A stretch of DNA of 64,000 nt from a virus (taxonomy: Duplodnaviria; Caudoviricetes), in IMG/VR virus record IMGVR_UViG_3300044266_000349, positions 1 through 64,000 of that record; one strand, given 5' to 3'. This document shows positions 55,514-64,000 of this stretch, one piece after another. Under the pieces are notes generated by a model, which made no database searches, was not told where the DNA came from, and saw nothing but the letters and a program-made list of their open reading frames with translations. Numbering within the stretch: position 1 is the first letter of the stretch; the number at the start of each line of letters is the position of its first letter. A program made the translations under genes and the position numbers.

Positions 55514-55593
55514 AATATACCATTTTTTTATCTTGACATATTGAATAAAAAATGTTATTTTATGGATAATTTTTTGACAAAGGATCATATGAT

Positions 55594-56466
55594 ATGGATA
55601 TGTTTAATAAAAAATCAATGAATGAACGTATTGGTAATATTGAAAAGAGTTCTTCATTAAACCACCTCAAGGAAGTAGAAAAATATTTCCTTTCATCGGT
55701 AAAAAAATATAAAATTGAAGCAGCTTATGATGTGATTGCAAATGAATTGCCGTATTTTAAAACTTTTAATTATACGGAATGGGCCCACTCTTTTATTATG
55801 CACCCACTGCAACAAGAACTTCGTGTTAGACAAATGGTAGATGCATATAATGACGATGCAACCCAAAAAGTGGATTACATATCTTATTTTAAAGATAGGA
55901 TTATGAATGGCCAATCCAACAAATATACACACATTATTAAAGATGAAAAAAATAAACCAAGAGAACATTTGGTTGTTTTAGTTGGTTCCAATAAACTTAA
56001 AGAAAGAATTTGCCTGAATAAGTTGAGATGGATCCGAGATCAATATGAGGATGATGTATGGTTTAAACCACATCCTTTGACAACACATGCATTGGTAGGA
56101 GAACTAAAGGATCTTTTGGGTGAAAATAGAATACTGCACCGTGATGCCGACATGTATGAGTTTATGTTGGAATCCAAAATTGTACACAACTCACACTTAT
56201 CCGAATCTTTGGTGTATGCAATTGCTTTAGATAAAGAAGTTGATCCAATTGATGTGTATCAGAAGGCTGAACAAGGTTCGTTTTATCATATCAATAAATT
56301 TTTATTCACGGAACAAAATCCAAAGGAATGGGTAAATAGAACACTCAATAGCCCAAAATGCGGAATCATTAATCCAGAGGTGGATACCGAGTGGAAAAAG
56401 AAAATTGATGATTATCTTGAATACATAAATACCGTTAGAAACAGTTACAAAAACAGATACGTTTAA
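55594..56466 (+). CDS. putative glycosyltransferase-like protein (KpsC/KpsS Capsule_synth-like motifs)
   Basis: VWFKPHP...D.D.YE....KIVHNSHLSESLVYAIALDKEV resembles K.HP...NSTVG.EAL..GKPV. Confidence 0.45.
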   Translation: MDMFNKKSMNERIGNIEKSSSLNHLKEVEKYFLSSVKKYKIEAAYDVIANELPYFKTFNYTEWAHSFIMHPLQQELRVRQMVDAYNDDATQKVDYISYFKDRIMNGQSNKYTHIIKDEKNKPREHLVVLVGSNKLKERICLNKLRWIRDQYEDDVWFKPHPLTTHALVGELKDLLGENRILHRDADMYEFMLESKIVHNSHLSESLVYAIALDKEVDPIDVYQKAEQGSFYHINKFLFTEQNPKEWVNRTLNSPKCGIINPEVDTEWKKKIDDYLEYINTVRNSYKNRYV

Positions 56467-56584
56467 TCTTTGTTACTACTCCATTGATTCTATTATAATG
56501 CCGGTGTGATTTTACAATTATAAAAGTAAGTAACTAAAAACCTTCAAAATAAATAAAGAAGGTTCAATTTTTAGGAAACTTATT

Positions 56585-56926
56585 ATGCCGGCAGGATATG
56601 TAGACCAATATATAGAACAAGGTACCACTTTCACCAGTGAGCTATCTTTAAATGATGTGAACGGTAATCCGTATAATCTTAACGGATATACCGTTCGTAG
56701 CCAAGCTCGCCGTTCATATTATTCCAGTAATGCATCCATCACGTTTACTTCTACCGTATTGGATGCAAATAATGGTATTATAAGGCTGTCGGCTAACTCA
56801 GGTATAACTTCAAATGTTAAAGCTGGCAAGCTTGTCTATGATGTTGTTTTAATTGAAACATCAACCAATAATGTCACCCGCATTCTGGAGGGTCAAATCT
56901 TCGTTTCTCCTACTGTGACCAGATAA
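56585..56926 (+). CDS. small virion structural protein
   Basis: IEQGTTF...L...G.PYNL.GY...SQ.RRSY; late promoter upstream. Confidence 0.75.
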   Translation: MPAGYVDQYIEQGTTFTSELSLNDVNGNPYNLNGYTVRSQARRSYYSSNASITFTSTVLDANNGIIRLSANSGITSNVKAGKLVYDVVLIETSTNNVTRILEGQIFVSPTVTR

Positions 56927-56938
56927 TAAAGGCAAGAA

Positions 56939-57967
56939 ATGCCAACAAAGATTACAGTCAATTATCCACAACCAATTACCGTAAAGGTTGATCCTGGTAA
57001 TAAAGATACGGTTGTTCGCAGTAGTTCGGTTTTTGTAGGTTCAGCCAACAATTTTTTACCAAATACTGGCGGCACGATTTCCGGAAATTTAGTTGTACAA
57101 AACAATTTAATAACATACGGGAATACACAGTTACAGGGTAATGTAATTGTACATAATGTTTTTCCAGCTGAAGATAAAGTCTATAATCTCGGTAGCCCAA
57201 CTCTAAGATTTAAAACATTATATCTTACCGGAAATACTATTGACCTGGATGGTGGAACAATTTCGGCCTCAGGAGACACAATCACAATTAGTTCACCAAC
57301 AGGTGGAACATTTTTCGTTCAAGCTCCAGCCAACACAATTATTGATGGCGCAGCAGGCGAAAGAGCAGAAACGACCGCAAATTCGGCATATGAACAAGCC
57401 AACGTAGCTACTTTATATTCTGTAACATCTTATTATTATTCCGATCAAGCCGTACAAACAGCACAAATTGCATACGATTCAGCCAATACAGCTTTTACTA
57501 CTGCGGTGTCTGCATCAGATTTGGCCAACGTTGCATCAGAAACAGCCAATATTGCGTATAATGCGGTCATTGAAATAATAGCCAACTCTAACACGATTGT
57601 ACGTACTGCCGGGGCAGATTTAACCGGAACACTTAGATTTGCAACAGATCCAACGGCAAGTTTGACATTGGGTCCAGTCGAATCTACATATGGATTGGAT
57701 GTTTTTTCAAATTACAATGGTTATTCCCAATTAAATTACGGGAACGTACACTATACTTATGTTAATTCTTCCGGAGTTACACTTCAAACTCCAAATAATA
57801 ATATTACATTGAATGATCCTGATGGAATAGTGGGAATTTCCTCACAAAATTTGTTTTCAATAGTGGTAAATGGCATAGAAGCCATATCCGTATACGCAAA
57901 CAATGATATTTTCTTAAACGGCACAATTTATGGAGCACCCACCGCACTGGACGGAGGCGACTTTTAA
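56939..57967 (+). CDS. fibre-like structural protein
   Basis: YNLGSP..RFK.LYL.GNTIDL; AN..A helical repeats; ends LDGGDF. Confidence 0.7.
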   Translation: MPTKITVNYPQPITVKVDPGNKDTVVRSSSVFVGSANNFLPNTGGTISGNLVVQNNLITYGNTQLQGNVIVHNVFPAEDKVYNLGSPTLRFKTLYLTGNTIDLDGGTISASGDTITISSPTGGTFFVQAPANTIIDGAAGERAETTANSAYEQANVATLYSVTSYYYSDQAVQTAQIAYDSANTAFTTAVSASDLANVASETANIAYNAVIEIIANSNTIVRTAGADLTGTLRFATDPTASLTLGPVESTYGLDVFSNYNGYSQLNYGNVHYTYVNSSGVTLQTPNNNITLNDPDGIVGISSQNLFSIVVNGIEAISVYANNDIFLNGTIYGAPTALDGGDF

Positions 57968-58004
57968 TAAATACAGATATAACCTTTCTTGAGGAATAAT
58001 TAAA

Positions 58005-59648
58005 ATGGCAAATACAAGTATTCGCATTAAACGTTCGCTTACAACAGGCGTACCAGCATCAGGTTTATCGGGTGAATTATCATACTCGTACCTATCCAAT
58101 ACACTGTTTATTGGTACTCCAGACGGTAACGGTGTCGTTAACGTTGGTGGCCAGTATTACACATCACAAATCGACAATGCAACTGATTCCGCAGTAGCTT
58201 TAACACTTGTCCGCAGAGACGCAACAGGTAATGCATCGTTCAATTACATCACCGCAAACATTATCGGTATGATTGACGGTGTGGCAGCAAAGGCCACAAG
58301 ATTAGAAACCGCTAGGGACTTTAGTATTTCTGGTGGTGATATTACTGCATCAGCAGTCTCTTTTGATGGTACAGGAAACGTAACATTAAATGCTTCTCTA
58401 GATGCGGTTTCAGGTTTATCCGCTGGTACATACGGTAACACCAGTTCTATTCCAGTTGTTGGTGTTTCTGCGAACGGTCGTGTGACCAGCATTTCAACGG
58501 TTAGTATATCAACAGACCTAAGCATTTCTGGTGATTCTGGCACAGACACAGTTCATCTAGCAACAGACACATTGAACTTTGCTGGCGGTGCCGGCATCAC
58601 TTCTGCTGTCACCGATAATGTTGTAACATTTGATGTTGATAATACTGTTGTTCGCGCAAACACAGCATCATTAAATCAAACAATTGATGGCAATATTTCT
58701 ATCAGTGGTAACCTAACAGTTCTTGGCACACAAACAACTGTCAACACACAGACACTGAATATCGCTGACCCATTATTGTATTTGGCATCAAACAACTATT
58801 CTTCCGACATAGTTGATATTGGTTTTGTTGGCAATTATTATGATGGTACACAAAGACACACTGGTTTCATTCGCCACGCTGGCACACAAGAATTCTTCAT
58901 CTTCGACCACTACGAACCAGAACCAGACAGCAACGTTATTGATATTGCAAACTCTAGTTTCAGAACTGCAAACGTTAACGCTGGTTATTTCAAGGGTAAC
59001 GTCATCGGTTCAACCGCAAGATTCGACAGTGTAATATTAGATACTGTCTTGGGTGTTGCTTCAGGCGGTACCGGTCAATCCACATTCTCTGCTGGTCAGG
59101 TATTGATTGGTGACGGAACAAGTGGTCTGAAACAACTGGCCAACGTATCGTCGGTCAACACCACACTTGCAAACAACGAAACAGTTACAAATCTAACAAC
59201 CGATGTATATGGTCGTGTAACAGGTTTCACGAAACAATCAATCGGTAGTCTGACAGTTTCTCAGGGCGGTACAGGTCAAACAACATTTACTGGCGGCGCA
59301 ATACTTGTTGGAAACGGAACTGGTGGGCTGCAAACTTTAGCTAACACAACATATACAGCTACTGGTTCTGGTGCACAAAACAATACCATCACATCAGTAA
59401 CAGTAGACGCTTATGGTAGACTGACTGCTGCTACATTCCAACAAATTTCTGGTCTCACAGTTGGTCAAGGCGGTACAGGTGTATCTTCATTCACCACAAA
59501 CGGTATCACATATGGTAACGGTTCTGGTGCGATGCAAGTTACTGCTGCAGCAGGAACATCCGATCAAACATTCTCTAACCAGATTCTCACTGTCACCAAT
59601 GCAGGTGTTCCAGTATGGTCAACCACACTGGATGGAGGTCAATTCTAA
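58005..59648 (+). CDS. tail fibre protein with Mtd_N-like N-terminus
   Basis: IRIKRS...P....GELSY.....LFIG; GGTG repeats; VTVD.YGR.T; ends LDGGQF. Confidence 0.8.
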   Translation: MANTSIRIKRSLTTGVPASGLSGELSYSYLSNTLFIGTPDGNGVVNVGGQYYTSQIDNATDSAVALTLVRRDATGNASFNYITANIIGMIDGVAAKATRLETARDFSISGGDITASAVSFDGTGNVTLNASLDAVSGLSAGTYGNTSSIPVVGVSANGRVTSISTVSISTDLSISGDSGTDTVHLATDTLNFAGGAGITSAVTDNVVTFDVDNTVVRANTASLNQTIDGNISISGNLTVLGTQTTVNTQTLNIADPLLYLASNNYSSDIVDIGFVGNYYDGTQRHTGFIRHAGTQEFFIFDHYEPEPDSNVIDIANSSFRTANVNAGYFKGNVIGSTARFDSVILDTVLGVASGGTGQSTFSAGQVLIGDGTSGLKQLANVSSVNTTLANNETVTNLTTDVYGRVTGFTKQSIGSLTVSQGGTGQTTFTGGAILVGNGTGGLQTLANTTYTATGSGAQNNTITSVTVDAYGRLTAATFQQISGLTVGQGGTGVSSFTTNGITYGNGSGAMQVTAAAGTSDQTFSNQILTVTNAGVPVWSTTLDGGQF

Positions 59649-59688
59649 CGCAACTATATAATAAATGAATTCATAATAGGAGTTTGAA

Positions 59689-60315
59689 ATGGGAAATGAA
59701 AAATATTTAAATTATTACATTGAGACATTAACGGCTACGATGACAGATTGTGTAGTCCGAAATGTCTCAATGCAAGCGAATGCGAAAGTTACCGATGATG
59801 TTGTTAAAGAGCAAGGAAAAACAATTGAAGAATTGAGTGCTGCTCTTGGTGAAATGAAGGATGGAAACAAAACTTTAATTGATCAGTTGCAGTTGGAAAA
59901 TAAACATCTACGTGACGAGGTAAATGAATTAAAAGCCATTCGTAATCAATATGAAAATGTGAAAAGTGAAGCTGCTCACGTTGAAACTTTCCGAAACGAA
60001 TTGGTAAAAGAAAGAGAACTGCATCAAAAGGATGTTTCCGAATTGCAAGGTAAGATCAATTCGATTACAAATGATTTTAATAACAAGATTAATGTATTGA
60101 ATAATGACTTCAATAATAAATTAAACAAAGTTAATTTGGATCATAAAGATAAAGTTCAGCAGTTGAATTCAGAACATGAAAAGAAAATTATTGAATTGAA
60201 CAATCGGATCGCCTACTTGGAATTAACTCCTGCCAAGAGAAAAAAGTTTGATATGGAAAACGCGAAAGTGAATTCGTCGGATGAAGAAACAGCAAAGGAC
60301 GGCGGAGTTTTCTAA
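59689..60315 (+). CDS. coiled-coil protein
   Basis: AGGAG SD; heptad-rich; ends KDGGVF. Confidence 0.75.
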   Translation: MGNEKYLNYYIETLTATMTDCVVRNVSMQANAKVTDDVVKEQGKTIEELSAALGEMKDGNKTLIDQLQLENKHLRDEVNELKAIRNQYENVKSEAAHVETFRNELVKERELHQKDVSELQGKINSITNDFNNKINVLNNDFNNKLNKVNLDHKDKVQQLNSEHEKKIIELNNRIAYLELTPAKRKKFDMENAKVNSSDEETAKDGGVF

Positions 60316-60319
60316 TTAA

Positions 60320-61606
60320 ATGGTTACAAATACGGCAATTCAAATAAAAAAATCAGGGCAATCGGGCAACACACCGGCCAATTTAAGTCACGGTGAGCTT
60401 GCCCTGAATTATGCCGACGGTAGAATTTTCTACAAAGATTGGTTGGATGATATCAAGTATATTACCAACCAAGAATCTTTTAGCACAGTCAATGCCAATT
60501 CTTCTCTATTAATTGCCACATCTTCAACAGATGTATTGTCATTGGCTGGTGCATCTGGTGTCACTATCACCGGAAACAGTTCAAGTAAAACTATCACAAT
60601 TGGATTAGACCAAAGTATTTTCTCTTCTGGTGTTTATGCCAATGCGGCTTTCATACAGGCCAATGCAGCCTATGATTTAGCTAACACAATTGCTGCAGGT
60701 TCAACGGACGTATACGCAAGATCAAAAGCTAACGGTGCGTCTAACACCGCAAATGCAGCATTCACTAGAGCCAACAACTCTGTATTAAAATCTGGCGACA
60801 CCATGACCGGTGATTTGCTTATCAATACAGCTAACGTTGAAGCTAATTATTTAATTGTTGAAACAACTCTGTATTCTGGTCTTGCTACCAGAAGTTCGAC
60901 ACCTCTACCAAATCTTATCGCACAATTTACTGGCAATACAGATTCATATGTGCAAGTAAATGCACAAAATATTGATCAGCATGGCTCTGCTGATTATGTT
61001 ATAACGGGTGACGTAGGTACAGATACTTCCTTCTATGCAGATTTTGGTTTAAATGGCTCTCAACAGACAACCGGAAATATTAAACCACTAGATGGTTATT
61101 TGTATATTCAAGGCAGTGAGATAGGCCAACTAGGTGGCAATCTTATTATTGGTACCACATCGACAACACCAGGTATAGAAACAAGAATTGTTGTAGGTGG
61201 TTATGAAGATGCAAATGTGGTAATGACATTTAGTAAGGGTACAACAACATCAAATAATCATTTGATAGTTAACGGCCGCCTTTCTGTCAACACCAGTTTA
61301 ATCACTTCGACTACATATACAACAGCGAATACAAATCAAGTTGTTATCGACACATTTGATTCGTCTGTTTATAGAAGCGCAAAGTATGATATACAAATGA
61401 CTTCTGGATCCGACTATCATGTATTGGAACTTAGAGCTTTACATGACGGTTCGAATCCATACATGACACAATATGGTGAAATATTTACCAGCACAAGATT
61501 GGGTTCATTCGACGCTGACATGGGTGGTGGCAAATTCAATTTAAAGATTACACCATCAAATGCATCCACAACTATAAAATTAATGAGAACAGTTATCACA
61601 ACATAA
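60320..61606 (+). CDS. fibre-like structural protein with Mtd_N-like N-terminus
   Basis: IQIKKSG..G..P..L..GELALNYADG.IFYK; C-domain D.F....YRSAKY.IQ...G..Y...E. Confidence 0.78.
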   Translation: MVTNTAIQIKKSGQSGNTPANLSHGELALNYADGRIFYKDWLDDIKYITNQESFSTVNANSSLLIATSSTDVLSLAGASGVTITGNSSSKTITIGLDQSIFSSGVYANAAFIQANAAYDLANTIAAGSTDVYARSKANGASNTANAAFTRANNSVLKSGDTMTGDLLINTANVEANYLIVETTLYSGLATRSSTPLPNLIAQFTGNTDSYVQVNAQNIDQHGSADYVITGDVGTDTSFYADFGLNGSQQTTGNIKPLDGYLYIQGSEIGQLGGNLIIGTTSTTPGIETRIVVGGYEDANVVMTFSKGTTTSNNHLIVNGRLSVNTSLITSTTYTTANTNQVVIDTFDSSVYRSAKYDIQMTSGSDYHVLELRALHDGSNPYMTQYGEIFTSTRLGSFDADMGGGKFNLKITPSNASTTIKLMRTVITT

Positions 61607-61621
61607 AGAAAGTGATTTATT

Positions 61622-62197
61622 ATGAAAGGTGAATGGTGTTTTTTCGAGAGAGGTTTTTCGGCCTCAGAGTGTGATAAAATCTTAGAAGACGGTTTAAAAT
61701 TACCAGCTAAAGATGCCGAACTTGGCGTTGCTGGTATGTCTGAACACTCCGATACCAGTTATCGTCGCAGTAAAATAAGATTTATACAATCAAACGATTC
61801 TAACTTTGAATGGTTGTTTGATAAAATCTGGAAAATGGGAATAGTGGCCAACAGAGAGTGGTTCAATTTCCATGTTACCAATTTATCGTTCATTCAGTTG
61901 GCAGAATATGATGAGTCGTATCAAGGTGAATATAAACAACATCATGATGTGTTCTACATGAACAACGATAGCTACCACAGAAAACTAACTTGTGTAATAC
62001 AGTTGTCGGATCCAACCAAGTATGAAGGTGGTGATTTCGAAATGTATAATCTCACCCAGTATCCAGACAAACAAAAGATTCGTGAACGTGGTACTGCAAT
62101 TTTTATTCCTTCATTTACTGTACATGCAGCCTTGCCGGTGACCAAAGGAACACGTTATAGTATTGCAGTTTGGTTTGAAGGGAATAAATGGCAATGA
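61622..62197 (+). CDS. 2OG-Fe(II) oxygenase (PKHD/prolyl-hydroxylase-like)
   Basis: H.D (HHD), RKLT.VIQLS.P..YEGG, H...PVTKG.RYS. Confidence 0.92.
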   Translation: MKGEWCFFERGFSASECDKILEDGLKLPAKDAELGVAGMSEHSDTSYRRSKIRFIQSNDSNFEWLFDKIWKMGIVANREWFNFHVTNLSFIQLAEYDESYQGEYKQHHDVFYMNNDSYHRKLTCVIQLSDPTKYEGGDFEMYNLTQYPDKQKIRERGTAIFIPSFTVHAALPVTKGTRYSIAVWFEGNKWQ

Positions 62198-63873
62198 GAT
62201 ACCATATTTTAGGCCTGCCTCACACCGTAACATCTAAAGAATATAATGCTTGTGCATATACACAAAAGGTAGTTAAGTTTGGTAAGATGATGACCAATTT
62301 GGGTCATGAAGTCATTCACTATGGGCATGAAGATTCAGACTTACAATGCACTGAGCACGTTACTGTCACGACAAATAAAGATTTAGAAATTGCATACGGA
62401 TCATATGATTGGCGCAAAAACTTTTTTAAGTTTGACACCAACGACCATGCGTACCAGACGTTCTATAAAAATGCCATTCGTGAGGTAGGTAAACGCAAAC
62501 AAAAGAATGATTTTATTCTTCCATTTTGGGGTGCAGGTGTTCGACCAGTGTGTGATGCACATCCAGATATAATCACGGTAGAACCAGGTATTGGTTATGC
62601 TGGTGGGCATTGGGCTCGATTTAAAATCTTTGAGTCGTATGCCATCTATCATGCATATTATGGATTGAAGTCTGTTGGTAATTGTATACAAGACTGGTAT
62701 GATGTTGTGATACCAAACTATTTTGATCCAGATGATTTCACATTTAACGAAAAGAAAGAAGATTATTTTCTTTTCTTAGGTCGTGTATATGATGGCAAAG
62801 GCGTCAATATTGCTGTGCAAGCTACTGAAGCCATTGGTGCAAAACTTATTATTGCTGGCCAAAACTCATTGAAACAAATGGGTTATGCAGAGACACCATC
62901 ACATGTCACCGAAATTGGTTATGCAGATGTTGAAACTCGCAAGAAACTTATGGCAAATGCCAAAGGTGCATTCGTGGCATCATTGTATACCGAACCTTTT
63001 GGTGGCGTACAAATGGAAATGTTATTCTCTGGTACTCCTACCATTACCACAGATTGGGGAAGTTTTACTGAGAACAATATCCATGGTGTAACAGGTTATC
63101 GTTGTCGTACATTCGAACAGTTCACTTGGGCCGCACGGAACATCGACAGGATTGATCCTAGAAATTGCAGACAGTGGGCAGAGAACTTCACACTCGATAA
63201 AGTAGGAAAAATGTATGAGGAATATTTCCAATCTGTATTGAATGTGTATGGTGGCAATGGTTGGTATGAAAAGAATGATGCTCGTGGTGATTTAAACTGG
63301 TTGCACAAACAATATCCGGAATATCCGGAACGTTTCAATCATGATGTAATGGATGCAGAAGAAAGGCCAATGGCGGATAGATTGGCAACTTGGATTAAAA
63401 AAGAAATAAATCCAAAAACAGTATTAGATATTGGTTGTGGCCCAGGAACATATGTACGTTCACTCAGAAATTTAGGTATTGATGCAACAGGTATTGATAT
63501 TGATGAACGTGTGATTGGTCAAGAACATCTTGTGTTTAAAAGTTTGTTTGATATCAAAGAAGAAAAAGCTGATGTAACAATTTGTTTAGAAGTGGCAGAA
63601 CATATCGACACTCTTTTTGAAAAACAAGTTGTTGAAAAAGTTGCATCAACAGTTGGTCATACTTTGATATGGACAGCTGCAGCAATTGGTCAAGGTGGCA
63701 TAGGTCATATCAATTGTAAAGACAAAGAAGAGTGGTCTAAACTGATTGAATCGACTGGTTTAGTACGCAACCACGAAAAAGAAAAAAAATTAATTCAATA
63801 TATTCGTCAAGGATACCACATGGGATGGTTTCCACAAAATTTGTTATATTTCGAAAGAATAAATAAGACATAA
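62188..63873 (+). CDS. GT4-type glycosyltransferase fused to class I SAM methyltransferase
   Basis: IPNYFD, LFLGR...KG, EPFG.V..E....GTP; C-terminal VLDIGCGPG...CLEVAEH. Confidence 0.88.
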   Translation: MAMRYHILGLPHTVTSKEYNACAYTQKVVKFGKMMTNLGHEVIHYGHEDSDLQCTEHVTVTTNKDLEIAYGSYDWRKNFFKFDTNDHAYQTFYKNAIREVGKRKQKNDFILPFWGAGVRPVCDAHPDIITVEPGIGYAGGHWARFKIFESYAIYHAYYGLKSVGNCIQDWYDVVIPNYFDPDDFTFNEKKEDYFLFLGRVYDGKGVNIAVQATEAIGAKLIIAGQNSLKQMGYAETPSHVTEIGYADVETRKKLMANAKGAFVASLYTEPFGGVQMEMLFSGTPTITTDWGSFTENNIHGVTGYRCRTFEQFTWAARNIDRIDPRNCRQWAENFTLDKVGKMYEEYFQSVLNVYGGNGWYEKNDARGDLNWLHKQYPEYPERFNHDVMDAEERPMADRLATWIKKEINPKTVLDIGCGPGTYVRSLRNLGIDATGIDIDERVIGQEHLVFKSLFDIKEEKADVTICLEVAEHIDTLFEKQVVEKVASTVGHTLIWTAAAIGQGGIGHINCKDKEEWSKLIESTGLVRNHEKEKKLIQYIRQGYHMGWFPQNLLYFERINKT

Positions 63874-63902
63874 CAATCATAATAACAAGGGGAAAGTGAA
63901 CC

Positions 63903-64000
63903 TTGGCGACGCAAAATAACTTTGTCATCCGCAATGGGCTGACAGTAAACACTGTGCCTGTTATTGATTCAACAGGCAAATGGATTGGAGATCCAACAGA
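63903..64000 (+). CDS. partial structural gene (runs off window)
   Basis: TTG start; ATQNNFVIRNGLTV-type fibre N-terminus. Confidence 0.45.
   Translation, partial: MATQNNFVIRNGLTVNTVPVIDSTGKWIGDPT

Noticed and set aside
58005-61606. Diversity-generating retroelement suggested by Mtd_N-like domains
   Set aside because: No reverse transcriptase and no TR/VR pair with adenine-specific mismatches seen in this window; Mtd_N is only a structural anchor

Overview
This window is a 64-kb segment of a large T4-like (myovirus) phage genome, probably from an aquatic phage of Betaproteobacteria. The host is inferred from the tmRNA tag ANDEKFALAA and a Burkholderiales-style Ala/Lys-rich exported protein. 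Bases 1-19 kb are an early/accessory region of small, tightly packed + strand genes driven by repeated sigma70-type promoters. It includes six paralogous 'MNERIK...FAELIV.EC...HFGVEE' genes, two P-loop ATPases flanking an HNH endonuclease, a metallophosphoesterase, a DenV-like glycosylase and a Cas4-like exonuclease. At 19.1-19.4 kb there is a circularly permuted (two-piece) tmRNA gene, followed by an outer-membrane beta-barrel, a SleB-like hydrolase and T4 core genes gp33, gp59 and gp32. A minus-strand block (gp4, gp2, gp54, gp26, gp51, two hub/tape-measure-like genes) converges on a terminator at 23.1 kb. From 28.7 kb to the end is a + strand baseplate/fibre module (gp48, gp53, gp27-like, split gp5, gp25, gp6, gp7, gp8, DUF4815/VrlC-like, many fibres). 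It carries T4-type TAAATA late promoters, an 869-aa Thr/Ser/Trp repeat protein and glycosyltransferase/oxygenase genes. The most interesting signals are the permuted tmRNA, a probable -1 frameshift fusing gp26 to gp51, the mucin-like repeat protein beside a glycosyltransferase-like gene, and the paralogous cassette array. All family assignments come from motif recognition by eye; no database search was run.
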